This document shows positions 1-9,704 of a stretch of DNA of 50,215 bases, piece after piece (the first letter of the stretch is position 1; every line of letters starts with the position of its first letter). A program made the position numbers and the translations under genes. The DNA lies in contig JAHFLU010000001.1 of the NCBI GenBank assembly GCA_023264615.1, positions 1-50,215 on the forward strand, read 5' to 3'. The notes beneath the pieces were generated by a model. It searched no databases. It was not told the DNA's origin and saw only the letters and a list, made by a program, of their open reading frames with translations. The DNA comes from a bacterium (GTDB lineage Bacteria > Patescibacteriota > Minisyncoccia > Phycocordibacterales > VMGT01).

Positions 1-838
1 GCGATTCTCTCGGAAAATGATTTGCCCAGTTTCGGCGCGTCAGTATATCTATCGTGCCAAGAAGCTCTTCCATGTAGTCAATAATATACGAAGGGGTGCT
101 CGTCTCCTGTTCAAAGAATCTCCTTGTTTCCATGATAATTCGTGGAGAAAGGACGGGTGTCAGAAGCCCCTGTTCACGAATACGCCTCCAATGTTGTTGC
201 GGCTGTAAAAGCTGGCGCAAATTTTCGCGCGGAACATCAAAGATACTACCAGCGATCAGTCGATCAACGAGAAAGTCTGAAGCCCGTTTTGTTCCGGCTG
301 AACCGAGAGGGTTTGACGTAGCGACGATGATAAGCGGTTCATCCGGTGGGGCGATATCGAATACCCGCCCCTCGATCATAATTTTGCCTTCCGCAAAAAT
401 AGGACCAAGATCGTTGAGACGGCTCACCGCGCCCCGCACAAGTTCATCACAAATGAACATGTTATACGAACCGGGTGTAAGCGCGCCGGGATGATACATG
501 GGCTCATTGTTTTCGTCGAGAATATTGTAATCCAGAAAACCATAGAGCTGGCCGCTTGTCAGTTCCGGACCCCACACAACAAACGCTGTACGGCAGCCAA
601 GAAGCATGCTGTACGCCTTCGCTGCTGTTGTCTTACCGCTCGCAGGAGGACCAAAACAGGTCCAGGTTGAAACATTCTTTGCCCACTCTTCTGCCTGTGT
701 CGGTACAACAAGCGTGTTTGAAAATACGCGATGGCCGAATATCTGTGATGGTCCAAAGACAATCTTAGACATAGCCTGCCGAAATTTGAGGACCGGTGCA
801 CGAAGCGCGGAAACCATTGTTTGTATTTCTTCTGTCAT
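1..838 (-). CDS. MoxR-like AAA+ ATPase (partial; C-terminal part runs off the window start)
   Basis: Reverse-strand translation from ATG at 838-836 gives MTEEIQTMVSALRAPVLKF... with Walker A GPPASGKT. It also has the MoxR-type block NMFICDELVRG...LIIVATSNP. The ORF is open to position 1. The next genes encode VWA proteins, the usual MoxR partners. Confidence 0.8.
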   Translation of the reverse strand, partial: MTEEIQTMVSALRAPVLKFRQAMSKIVFGPSQIFGHRVFSNTLVVPTQAEEWAKNVSTWTCFGPPASGKTTAAKAYSMLLGCRTAFVVWGPELTSGQLYGFLDYNILDENNEPMYHPGALTPGSYNMFICDELVRGAVSRLNDLGPIFAEGKIMIEGRVFDIAPPDEPLIIVATSNPLGSAGTKRASDFLVDRLIAGSIFDVPRENLRQLLQPQQHWRRIREQGLLTPVLSPRIIMETRRFFEQETSTPSYIIDYMEELLGTIDILTRRNWANHFPRES

Positions 839-980
839 ACAGGTCTCTCTTTTTATGTTTGTACAAAGAGCACAAAAATGCAGTTCTGTCTGTATCCTAA
901 CAAGAATGCGTGTACCCCGAAAGTACGTGCATATTAGGAAATGTTTAATATGGTTTGTCAAAAAAATTGCGGTACCTTTA

Positions 981-1020
981 ACCGCCCTTCCGTATACATG
1001 GGAGGGCGGTGTTATTTTTC
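981..1020 (+). terminator. Terminator-like stem-loop (accgcccttcc/gtatacat/gggagggcggt) followed by a T-run, in a hairpin-rich 500-bp intergenic region
   Basis: An 11-bp stem with one mismatch and an 8-nt palindromic loop, then gttatttttc. No plus-strand gene lies upstream, so its function is unclear. Confidence 0.35.
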
Positions 1021-1335
1021 TGGAGAAAATTTATTGCGTCGAGCGAGGCTGACACATGAAAGGTACTCCTTTCATGTGGGCCGAGCGACGACGCAATATA
1101 GGTGAATACCGCTTGGCTTGCCACGCTCGTGATGAGCAAAGTAAGTACCGCTATTACCCTGCGATCTTGCCGCAGGGTCTCACCTCTATTTCCTTCGAAA
1201 TCTTTTAAGAGCCTATCTACGATCTCGCTTTCCAGACGAATTTTTCAAATTTTGAGATAAAAAATGGGCAATTTGATGAGGTGAATCGAGATTCATCAAA
1301 GAGAATTGTACATTTTTTAGCCAAAATTTGGAAAA

Positions 1336-2423
1336 TTATAGTCGAAATGGAGATCGTAGACAGGCTCTAAGGAATGAAAAATTTCCTGCCGTAATTCCAA
1401 AGAACAAAAGACTTGCGAGAATAAGTGGTACAGATACGTCCTCCGGATTGAGCACTTTTACATTGCGGTTTTTTCGCAGGCCGCTTAAAATCGCTCCCCG
1501 AAGAAGCTCGCGGCCGGAGTTAAGCCCGTGCGCATGCGTATAGCCACCACCCGATACATCTGCAATCTCACGCAGAGCAACCGGGTCATATTCAGTAAAG
1601 GCATTGTCACCCGTCGGAGTACTCCGTAAAAAACCGCTCACACTACCATCAGGAGCAAAGAGTGGTATCGGTGCCGGCGCTCCTTCTGTACCAGCTCCCA
1701 GTGTGTAGATGGGAATCGCATATTCACCTTTTTCACCGTGTGAGAAAGTTTCCACTTTTGTACGGGTAATCTTTGGATCAGTCGCGCTCCCCGCCTTGCC
1801 GCCATCTGAACAAAGGATGAAAAAACTCGGTTCATTCCCTAGAATGTGCCGCGCCTCTTCAAAAACACGCGATATATCAGTTCCCGCACCACTCCACAGT
1901 GCCGGTTCTATTTGATGCAAAAGACTTTCAAAAGAACGGTGTGTAGTGGTGTTTATTGCGAGCCAGTCCCCGGTTCTCAAGTCTGTCGATCCCGTAAAAG
2001 TAAAAAGTACAACTTCAATACCTTCCATACCTTTGAAAGCGCGGCTCAAATTTGCAACACACAAACTCAATCGTGTCGGAGTGAGCCCAAGAGTGCGTAG
2101 CGCAGTAGCATCGCCTTGAGTGATGTCATTCGCTCCCATAGAAGGAGACTGGTCAAGACCGATAGCAACTTTCGCACCAAGTTTTTCTTTGAGAATATCT
2201 CCTTTGATACGGTAGGGACCTGCGCATGCTGCAAGTATACATACAACCGCGAGCGGCCCGCAGACGGTAAAGCGTACATGTGTACGCAAGGGTTTTTGTA
2301 CACCTAGAATTTTTTCCATGCGAAGAATGCGAAGCGCAATCAAGGCAAATACTAAGAGCGACAGTATATACACACCAGGCAGTACAAACGCAATCGCTTC
2401 ATTGTGAAAACGTATATCCATGA
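1336..2423 (-). CDS. VWA-domain membrane protein (BatA-like)
   Basis: N-terminal TM helices (AIAFVLPGVYILSLLVFALIALRIL) and MIDAS motif IGLDQSPSM. AAGGAGG lies 6 nt upstream of GTG at 2423. The ORF track places a more upstream start at 2505. Confidence 0.7.
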
Positions 2424-2467
2424 AACCCACGATATACCTCCTTGTGTTATGACAACAACGAGTACAA

Positions 2468-2493
2468 CGCCGGAGAAAGTTTTTTCTCCGGCG
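2468..2493. terminator. Perfect 11-bp stem-loop (cgccggagaaa gttt tttctccggcg) between two minus-strand genes; the T-run follows on the plus side
   Basis: Seen directly in the sequence. The orientation fits a plus-strand terminator better than a minus-strand one, so it may act as an attenuator or weak terminator. Confidence 0.4.
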
Positions 2494-2508
2494 TTTTGAT
2501 AACAAAAT

Positions 2509-3549
2509 CTAGTGTACTCCAACAGGAGTGCCGGGCGAATAATGTCGGTCAGGGTCGCCTTCACGTTGCGGAATCGGGATCATCACTGTTTGTGTACCCC
2601 TTTTCCTCTTGGCCTCATCTCCCAGAATAGCGCGCATCATATTGTCTTCTGCTTTCGAATCAACACGGGCTTCGGCTGTCTTTTTTTGAGACTCTTTCTG
2701 TTGTTCTTGGATGATTGGAAAATTCTTTTTGATGATTTCCCGAGCGCGAGCGGCTTCTTCGACACCTACAACACCAATACTCTCCGGAAGTGAATACATA
2801 CCGAGTGCACACTCATATGCGGCTATGATCGCCGCAATATGATCCTTAATGGCCGCATTGCGCTCTCCTACGATTACCTCTTCTTCCTCTACCCGAAGCG
2901 TTGCGACCATCTTATACGTTACCGTATTGCCTTGCATCCAGCATGCAGCTGCAATAAGATCCGGAGGATACGGAAATTCTTTGATCAGCACATCTTCAGA
3001 TAACCAACCTTCTTTCTCTTGCGAAAAACGAATGAGCCAGAAGGTTTTATCCTCATAGAGGCGGGGACCGCCTACAACTTCACCTTGTCCGGAAATCGGA
3101 GATGGTATGCGCAAAGAAAAATTATCTGTATAGAGCATAGACGCAACAGCCTGACGAACACGGTCTCCATGACCGAGACCCATATAGCGCAGGGTACTTA
3201 CTCCATGAGGCGGCAAAAACGGTGCGAGAAGCAATTCGATTTCAGATGCTTTAACAGCAGCGGCACGAAGTTTTTTCCGCCCAAGCGGTTCCCACACAGT
3301 CCCCTGTAGGATAAGTGTTGTACCAGTACGCACAAGTATCTCCAGCCCATTATTCGTATTCCCGATCATATCCCGTGCGCTCATAAGTATGGTCTGCACA
3401 TCTTGTACTGTTTGTGCTGTTTCTGCAGTTTTTTCAGCCGAAGAAGAAACTGCGTAAAAGAAGACAAGAAACAACAAGGTCAAAATACATACCCATGTAA
3501 CCATTTTTTTCATAGAACAGATCCTTTTGCGAAACCTCGCCTTGTACAC
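2509..3549 (-). CDS. Hypothetical secreted protein (signal peptide MKKMVTWVCILTLLFLVFFYAVSSSA)
   Basis: Long ORF sitting between the two VWA genes. No recognisable catalytic motif. The real start is probably at MKKMV, around 3513. Confidence 0.5.
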   Translation of the reverse strand: MYKARFRKRICSMKKMVTWVCILTLLFLVFFYAVSSSAEKTAETAQTVQDVQTILMSARDMIGNTNNGLEILVRTGTTLILQGTVWEPLGRKKLRAAAVKASEIELLLAPFLPPHGVSTLRYMGLGHGDRVRQAVASMLYTDNFSLRIPSPISGQGEVVGGPRLYEDKTFWLIRFSQEKEGWLSEDVLIKEFPYPPDLIAAACWMQGNTVTYKMVATLRVEEEEVIVGERNAAIKDHIAAIIAAYECALGMYSLPESIGVVGVEEAARAREIIKKNFPIIQEQQKESQKKTAEARVDSKAEDNMMRAILGDEAKRKRGTQTVMIPIPQREGDPDRHYSPGTPVGVH

Positions 3550-3616
3550 GAAGTCTAAGAGAGAATATATCTTCCCTATTTTTAAAATGGATTGAAAGTT
3601 ATGTCAAATTTTTAGA

Positions 3617-3645
3617 AAAACCGCAGACTTTTAGTCTGCGGTTTT
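3617..3645. terminator. Bidirectional Rho-independent terminator (aaaaccgcagact ttt agtctgcggtttt)
   Basis: A 13-bp stem with an A-tract on one side and a T-tract on the other. It lies just downstream of the stop of the VWA gene at 3664. Confidence 0.6.
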
Positions 3646-3663
3646 CAAAAACATACGGCATCA

Positions 3664-4878
3664 CTACCATCCCATAATTGGGCGAAAGAGGCGCAACAAC
3701 ATCCATAGAACAAAAAGAACAAAAGCAAGGGCGAGGAGAAAACGCTGCGGTACCGTATCGATGATTGCATACATTCTGTGCTGATTGGCAATATCACTTG
3801 ATGCCAGAGTGCCAAGTATCGCCTGCACCGCAACATCAATTCGCGCGTATTCTTCCTTTGAAAGCTCACTGTCATTACTGCCCGACATAGTAGAAGGACT
3901 AAGTATGTACAGTTTTCCACCGGTATTCGCAATGAGCGGCGGCAAGTCTTTTTCATTCTGCCACACAATAGCACCCGTTGAAACCACGTCGATAGGCAAT
4001 CCTATAGCAGCCGCAAAGCGGAATAAACGCCAAGGACAAAGATCCCCATAACTGGTGAGATCAAACTCCGTATCGGTTCCGAGAACCATACGCTTGCCAA
4101 TCGTTGCTTTTCGCAACGCTTCAAATGCAGCAATCCCGTGTCGGGCAATAAATTGGCGAGTAAAATCGGGAGCCGTCTCACCACTCCCACGCACCGTACA
4201 AGAAAAAAGCATATCCTTGCGCGATTGCTGCAATGGCTCTACGAGCGATGCGTTGCCCATGCGTACCATATCGAGAACAGAGAGCCACATTGATGGTGCA
4301 GGTTCCGTACCGGAACCTGCACCATAACTTTTGGTACTGAATCGCCTGACAACATTGCGCAGCATCCGATAGGAGGGAGTTGGTGAAACATTGAGGAGAG
4401 GGGCTGATGAGAAATAGTAGAGACCAACACCGATGCGCTTCTCATCGAGAAGACGATCGGCAGCTTTGGTAAATTCTTGCAAAAAACCCGTCAGACGTTT
4501 CCACAGAATTCCATCCATCGATCCGGAAACATCAACGACATACGCAAGGGCAGGGCGGTTTTCCTTCGGCTCATGTTTCTGTGTATGAATCGCAGGACCG
4601 GCAAGCGCCATGATAAGAAGAGCCGTGATGGCGCTCACCGTTACAAGAGAGCCGTGTCGAAGTATTCCTTCAATGATCCGGTACCGTGAAGCACCCGCAA
4701 AAAGCCATGGTGCCCCATGATCAATTGCATGGCGAGAATACAGCGGCCGCAGCGCAAAAACAGGCGCAAGGATAAGAAGAAAAAGCATTTTCGGGCGAAG
4801 CCATATCCATGTGCCCACTGTATCCACACTTGCCATGAGCACAGAAAGAGCAGTGACAAAATCCCCTACGACCTGCAT
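3664..4878 (-). CDS. VWA-domain membrane protein (BatB-like)
   Basis: MIDAS motif YVVDVSGSMDG, TM helices at the N-terminus and at the C-terminus (LLALAFVLFVLWMLLRL). Confidence 0.7.
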   Translation of the reverse strand: MQVVGDFVTALSVLMASVDTVGTWIWLRPKMLFLLILAPVFALRPLYSRHAIDHGAPWLFAGASRYRIIEGILRHGSLVTVSAITALLIMALAGPAIHTQKHEPKENRPALAYVVDVSGSMDGILWKRLTGFLQEFTKAADRLLDEKRIGVGLYYFSSAPLLNVSPTPSYRMLRNVVRRFSTKSYGAGSGTEPAPSMWLSVLDMVRMGNASLVEPLQQSRKDMLFSCTVRGSGETAPDFTRQFIARHGIAAFEALRKATIGKRMVLGTDTEFDLTSYGDLCPWRLFRFAAAIGLPIDVVSTGAIVWQNEKDLPPLIANTGGKLYILSPSTMSGSNDSELSKEEYARIDVAVQAILGTLASSDIANQHRMYAIIDTVPQRFLLALAFVLFVLWMLLRLFRPIMGW

Positions 4879-6824
4879 ACAAATCCTCCTCGTTCTGCAT
4901 ACTCCAGAGTAGCTCTGTGAAGATACCCGGGCAGTGTAAGAAAGTTCGAAAAACAGAACGGAGAAATAAGTAACGCTATCTGTGGTTCAACAACGAGGAT
5001 ATCAACTTTCCATCTCTCCTTGTGTTCTTCAATCCAGAGAGCTGCGAAACAGCGTTCCAGATCCGTGCAAGAATGTGTTGCAATCCACGCAAGAAATACA
5101 TCCCGATCGGTATCAAGATGAATACCACTGCGGAGTGCAAGCGATTCAATGCTTAAATGTACTATATCTTCTCCTCGATGAATAATCGTAATAACTTTTC
5201 GTAACCCACCTATTCTGTCATATTTCATCATGATCGGAACCGATGCGTAACGCACCAGGCTTAACACGAAGTCTGTGCTCTTTTTCATGGTGGACAGTAT
5301 GGATGGAATAAAACCCCACCCCCAAAAGTAGCTTCTGATGAAAGCCGTGAGCAGAAAAACAATGACAAGCACAGGGATAATTGTTCCTTCGCGTGCGCGC
5401 AGGAAACTTTTCGGATCAAGAACAAACTCTGCATACGTTCCTCGCAACAGCGCGATCGAACTACTCGTCCACGCTCCTATCGTGCGACGCATCTGCTCCA
5501 CAACAAGGAGATCATCTGTTTTTTCTTTTGCAGATACTACCGGCTCGGTTTGTGTGGGAACGCTTGGTCGCCGCAACTCCCCGATATAGGAAACAATGCC
5601 TTCCTGGTCGGGGTGGCGAAGTTCCACGGTATTGAGTACGAAGTTACGCTCTGTCGTGATCGTGAAAGCTGTCCCTCCTCGCCAAAACTCGAGTCGCAGG
5701 GGAATATTCACAATCTCGAAGCGACCCGGAGCGGCAGGGACGAAGCGGCAGACAAACTGCGTGCGAACATACCTTTGATCAGGCGAGAATGTGCGATTTT
5801 CAAAACACGTCGATGGATCGATGCGCAGAACACCTTCGGTCTTCGGTCGCACCGCATCTTCAATACTTTTCACAAACTCGGAAATATTTGTGAGAAGTTT
5901 GAAATAAGCGTCGCCATTTTCATTTCGGAGAACGTCAATATGTACGGTAAGCTGCAGAGCGTTTTCAAACGACATCTGCTCGCTGTAGATAGTTTCGCCC
6001 TCGACAAAACGTGTGCGGATTCCGCCGCTGCTTATACGCTCCATGGTGCTTTCTGTGCGCACCGTTGATACCAATGGCACAAAAATCGCAGACGCAGAAG
6101 AAACAAAGCGATGCTTTCCGGAAAGTATTCGTGCTGTGCGCAAGGCAAAGCTCGTCTCTTTAACCCGTAGAGCTACTTTCCAGACACCATTCTTTGAATC
6201 AACGAGAGGCGTTGTCGCGTAAAATTCTATATTTTCCTTTTGGAGCGGGAGAATAACCTCTTTGTTGAACGCATCGAAATCCACACCGGGAACAAGACGC
6301 ACTTCCAGATAGTCTCGTAAGATTTTGCGTTCATTGCCCTGCAAAAAAACAAGTTGGGCTTCCTTAAGCGATTGCGTTGTGTCTTCTTTTTGCTTCTCCA
6401 TCCACTCCTGCCAACCGAGAAGCATGTTGCACACACCGATAGGCTCCGCAAAAGTGAGAACAAGGAACGATTCCATTTCTACCTTCAGCTTTTGCGACTG
6501 ATACGTTTCATTCCTAATACGCATCATCGAAAACGAAACACCTGCCTCTTCTGCTGCCCATACGGCAGGAAGCTTGTTTGGCATTGGCATTTGTGGAAAA
6601 TCAGAAACAGAACGGATAAGTACGATCGACGTGTCAAGAGAAAGACTCCTTGCATCCGCAAGATTCATTCCCATATCAACAAAATCTTGTGTGTCAACGT
6701 ATTTCAAACCGCACGCGGCAGGTACCGCATCAAGTGCAGTAACGTATGTCGGACTCATTCCCATCAACGAAAAGAGTACGAGCAGAAAAAGTGTAGATCC
6801 CCCAATAGAACGGAAGGTATCCAT
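4866..6824 (-). CDS. Hypothetical membrane protein with BatD-like architecture (signal peptide, about 450-aa ectodomain, TM, cytoplasmic tail)
   Basis: Signal peptide MDTFRSIGGSTLFLLVLFSLMG and TM segment IIPVLVIVFLLTAFIRSYFWGWGF. It overlaps the downstream VWA gene by 13 bp, which suggests they are co-transcribed. Confidence 0.45.
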   Translation of the reverse strand: MDTFRSIGGSTLFLLVLFSLMGMSPTYVTALDAVPAACGLKYVDTQDFVDMGMNLADARSLSLDTSIVLIRSVSDFPQMPMPNKLPAVWAAEEAGVSFSMMRIRNETYQSQKLKVEMESFLVLTFAEPIGVCNMLLGWQEWMEKQKEDTTQSLKEAQLVFLQGNERKILRDYLEVRLVPGVDFDAFNKEVILPLQKENIEFYATTPLVDSKNGVWKVALRVKETSFALRTARILSGKHRFVSSASAIFVPLVSTVRTESTMERISSGGIRTRFVEGETIYSEQMSFENALQLTVHIDVLRNENGDAYFKLLTNISEFVKSIEDAVRPKTEGVLRIDPSTCFENRTFSPDQRYVRTQFVCRFVPAAPGRFEIVNIPLRLEFWRGGTAFTITTERNFVLNTVELRHPDQEGIVSYIGELRRPSVPTQTEPVVSAKEKTDDLLVVEQMRRTIGAWTSSSIALLRGTYAEFVLDPKSFLRAREGTIIPVLVIVFLLTAFIRSYFWGWGFIPSILSTMKKSTDFVLSLVRYASVPIMMKYDRIGGLRKVITIIHRGEDIVHLSIESLALRSGIHLDTDRDVFLAWIATHSCTDLERCFAALWIEEHKERWKVDILVVEPQIALLISPFCFSNFLTLPGYLHRATLEYAERGGFVCRS

Positions 6825-6998
6825 ACATACACTCCTATCTCAACGAACCTATGAATGTAAAAGGAAGCAAGAAGGGTGCGTGAGGCGCTTCCCTTCCAAT
6901 CATGTTTCTTTCTTTAGATTGCCCGCTCTATCGCAATTGTCAAGGAACGGCTTTCCTTCCCATAAACCCCTAGAAAAAAGCTCTCCTGCGGAAGTCTC

Positions 6999-7694
6999 TT
7001 ACACACACCCCGCCTCTTCTATATCATGGAGAATACGCTGTGCCGCCTCAACAGGATTGGGAGAGGCGGTAATCGGACGCCCAATGACAACATAATGCGC
7101 TCCTCTCCTAAGAGCAGCTTCGGGCGTCATCGCACGATCTGCGTTCTGGTCACTCGCAACGTGTACCCATGAAGATCGTACATTGGGCGTAATGCGTACG
7201 AAATCTCGTGATAGTGCATCTTTATCAAGGTATCGAAGGTCGTCCGGTGCGCAAACAATACCGGCAGCACGATTCTTTGATGCACTGTGAGCAAAATAAC
7301 GTACGCGATTTGCCAGATCGCTTCCAAAGATTTTCTCTACATGTATTTCGTCGAGAGACGTAAGAACCGTGACAGCAATCGTCTGAAGCGGAGCAACAAT
7401 GGCACAAGCAAGAATCATTGCTTCTCCACCAGAACTATGCACCGTAATAAAGCGCGCACCTGCATCTGCATGTATTTTTACGCGGCGGGCAGCCTGGCTT
7501 GGAATGTCGTGGATTTTAAGATCAGACATCACGAACCCGAACTCTTTCATCGCAGATATCGCCCTCACTCCATAGCGATCAATCAGGGACGAGATTTTGA
7601 ACCCACCAACCCAAGGCGAGAGTTTTTCCGCCAAAAATAGTGCCTCATCGAGCGTCACGACATCATCAAGTGCCGCAATGATGTGATTTTTCAC
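6999..7694 (-). CDS. pyrF: Orotidine 5'-phosphate decarboxylase
   Basis: IIAALDD...GFKISSLI...DLKIHDIPSQ...GARFITVHSSGG matches the OMPdecase signature blocks. GGAGG lies 5 nt upstream of GTG at 7694. The ORF track extends to 7832, but that extension is not conserved-looking. Confidence 0.75.
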   Translation of the reverse strand: MKNHIIAALDDVVTLDEALFLAEKLSPWVGGFKISSLIDRYGVRAISAMKEFGFVMSDLKIHDIPSQAARRVKIHADAGARFITVHSSGGEAMILACAIVAPLQTIAVTVLTSLDEIHVEKIFGSDLANRVRYFAHSASKNRAAGIVCAPDDLRYLDKDALSRDFVRITPNVRSSWVHVASDQNADRAMTPEAALRRGAHYVVIGRPITASPNPVEAAQRILHDIEEAGCV

Positions 7695-7866
7695 GATACC
7701 TCCAGGGTTTTTGAGAACATAAACTCCATCAATTTTAGGCAGCGAACGCACGCCTTGACAGATTGACAAAATAAACAAGTTGTATAGTAATACAAGCTGC
7801 CACAAAATCTCATGGTGATTCTGATTGCGCAAAGTAAATGCGCCAAGTGCGTACGTCCTATTTCAA

Positions 7867-8853
7867 TTATTTTACTGAAGACTGTGGCGAAGGCAGATAT
7901 ATGGAAAAAACTGTACCAAGATCCTTTTCTGATGAAAATGTTATCCGTCCTTGCATGAGAGTCATAAGCTGTTTAACGATAAAAAGGCCAAGACCCGAGC
8001 CCTCGATTGCATGCGTATCGACAGAACGCCAAAACTTTTCAAAGATATGCGGTTGATCATCAACCGATATTCCTTTCCCTTCGTCGCGAATATGGAGGGA
8101 TATACCGCCCGTCTGCGGCTCTGCAGTCAGGATGACAGAACCATCTTCTTTATTATATTTGATGGCGTTTGTGATTAAATTGTCGAAAACTTCCTTCAAC
8201 CGTGCCTTATCTGCAAATACCATAGGTAAATCTTCCGGTACATTGTTTTGTATTTGTATCTTTGATTTTTCTGCATGCGTAACAAGCGACTCCAAAGATT
8301 CTTTGAGCACCGCACCAATAGAAAGCGGCTGTAAGTGCATCGAGACTGCGCCCGTTTCAATACGTGCAACTTCGAGCAAATCTTTCACGAGATCAAGAAG
8401 CCTGGTGCTGCTTATTTGCAGTGCACTTACAACCTCTTTTTCTTGCTCGAGCATTGGTGATTTTCGCGCTTCAAGGGTTTCCAGTGCCCAGCGTATTGCA
8501 TTTGCAGGCGTACGCAATTCATGTGCTGCGACAAAAACAAACTGGTCTTTCATTGCAAGAAGTTCCCGGTGACGGAGCACTTCCTGTTGTCGTGCCATAA
8601 CAACCTGCTCAAATGCACTAATGATGATAAAAGAAACTATAAAAAGAAAAGTACTAAGGCCAACGACAACAAATATGACCAGTTCCGGGGCGGCGTAGGT
8701 TTGTGCAATATTGTACACAGCAAGAATCGCCACAATATTGATGATGCCCATCACCATGAAAAGAAACTGCGGGCACGACCAAAGGGGCACACCGAGCCTC
8801 TTGCACTGTGCAAAAACATTAAGATGAAAGGCGAGAGTTTTCATCCATGCCAT
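7867..8853 (-). CDS. Sensor histidine kinase (2 TM, HisKA, HATPase_c)
   Basis: H-box FVAAHELRTPANAIRWALE, N-box FDNLITNAIKYN and G2 box GSGLGLFIVKQL. Confidence 0.85.
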   Translation of the reverse strand: MAWMKTLAFHLNVFAQCKRLGVPLWSCPQFLFMVMGIINIVAILAVYNIAQTYAAPELVIFVVVGLSTFLFIVSFIIISAFEQVVMARQQEVLRHRELLAMKDQFVFVAAHELRTPANAIRWALETLEARKSPMLEQEKEVVSALQISSTRLLDLVKDLLEVARIETGAVSMHLQPLSIGAVLKESLESLVTHAEKSKIQIQNNVPEDLPMVFADKARLKEVFDNLITNAIKYNKEDGSVILTAEPQTGGISLHIRDEGKGISVDDQPHIFEKFWRSVDTHAIEGSGLGLFIVKQLMTLMQGRITFSSEKDLGTVFSIYLPSPQSSVK

Positions 8854-8958
8854 GTGTTCTTTATTGTATCATGAAGTTTTGAGATACGTACTATCAAGCT
8901 GTGTAAAATGCCACTTCCTGGCTAAGAACCTGTGTACGATCTCGCTAAAACAATGCCA

Positions 8959-9690
8959 TTACTTCCACGCTGCACGCAGTTCCTCGACTGCATTTTCGAC
9001 TGCATTTTTCCTTGCATCCCGTGCTTCTGTGAGAGCGTTCTTTCGTGTTTCGATCGCCCCGTGGTGGCTTGTACGTGCAGCAGTTTCTATCTGCTTCAGT
9101 TCAGCTCTAAACGATTCCCGCACATTCCGCAGCTCCGTTTTCAGTGTATTTTGTACTTCTTCTGACACATTGCCTTCTGTACACGATTTTTTTGCAGCAA
9201 CCATTGCTCCGTCAAATCCTGCCCGTCGTGTTGTTTCCGCTTTTGTAAAAGCTTCTCTGCGTATTTTAATCAGCATCCTCACACTTTCTCGAAAGGTGTC
9301 AATAATATCCACTGCTGCCGACCGGAACACTCTGCGCGACTCAATGATCGCACTTTCAAACGCCTCAACCGCAGCAAGCTTTGTATCTTTCTTGTTTGCC
9401 TTTTGCCGCAATGCAGCGATATGTGAAGAGAATTGTGTGTCGGTATCAAGACGAGCATTTGCAAATTCCTCATCTTGTTTCTGCCGGCTGATAGCCAGCT
9501 CTTCGTCCTGCTGTTTTTCGAGGGTTGCGCGTGATGCGATCGCGACATCAAAATCCGCGTGTACCGCCTCTTCGTGATTTGTAATACGCTCACAGAAAGT
9601 ACCGTCAACCGGCTCCTGTGCATATACTGTTCCCTGTGCATATACCGCAAGCGCAAGCAGGAGACCTATTTTTGAAAATCGGTGCTTCAT
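8959..9690 (-). CDS. Secreted alpha-helical, apolipoprotein-like coiled-coil protein
   Basis: Signal peptide MKHRFSKIGLLLALAVYAQG, then a low-complexity, highly charged A/E/K/R-rich helical sequence. Confidence 0.5.
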   Translation of the reverse strand: MKHRFSKIGLLLALAVYAQGTVYAQEPVDGTFCERITNHEEAVHADFDVAIASRATLEKQQDEELAISRQKQDEEFANARLDTDTQFSSHIAALRQKANKKDTKLAAVEAFESAIIESRRVFRSAAVDIIDTFRESVRMLIKIRREAFTKAETTRRAGFDGAMVAAKKSCTEGNVSEEVQNTLKTELRNVRESFRAELKQIETAARTSHHGAIETRKNALTEARDARKNAVENAVEELRAAWK

Positions 9691-9704
9691 AGTAGATATG
9701 TTAC

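Noticed and set aside
96-494. Plus-strand 132-aa ORF at the window start
   Set aside because: It is antisense to the MoxR-like gene, whose Walker A and MoxR blocks clearly read on the minus strand.
6830-6990. Possible terminator hairpin (ggaag...cttcc) after pyrF
   Set aside because: The stems are imperfect and the orientation is ambiguous, so this is not a convincing terminator.
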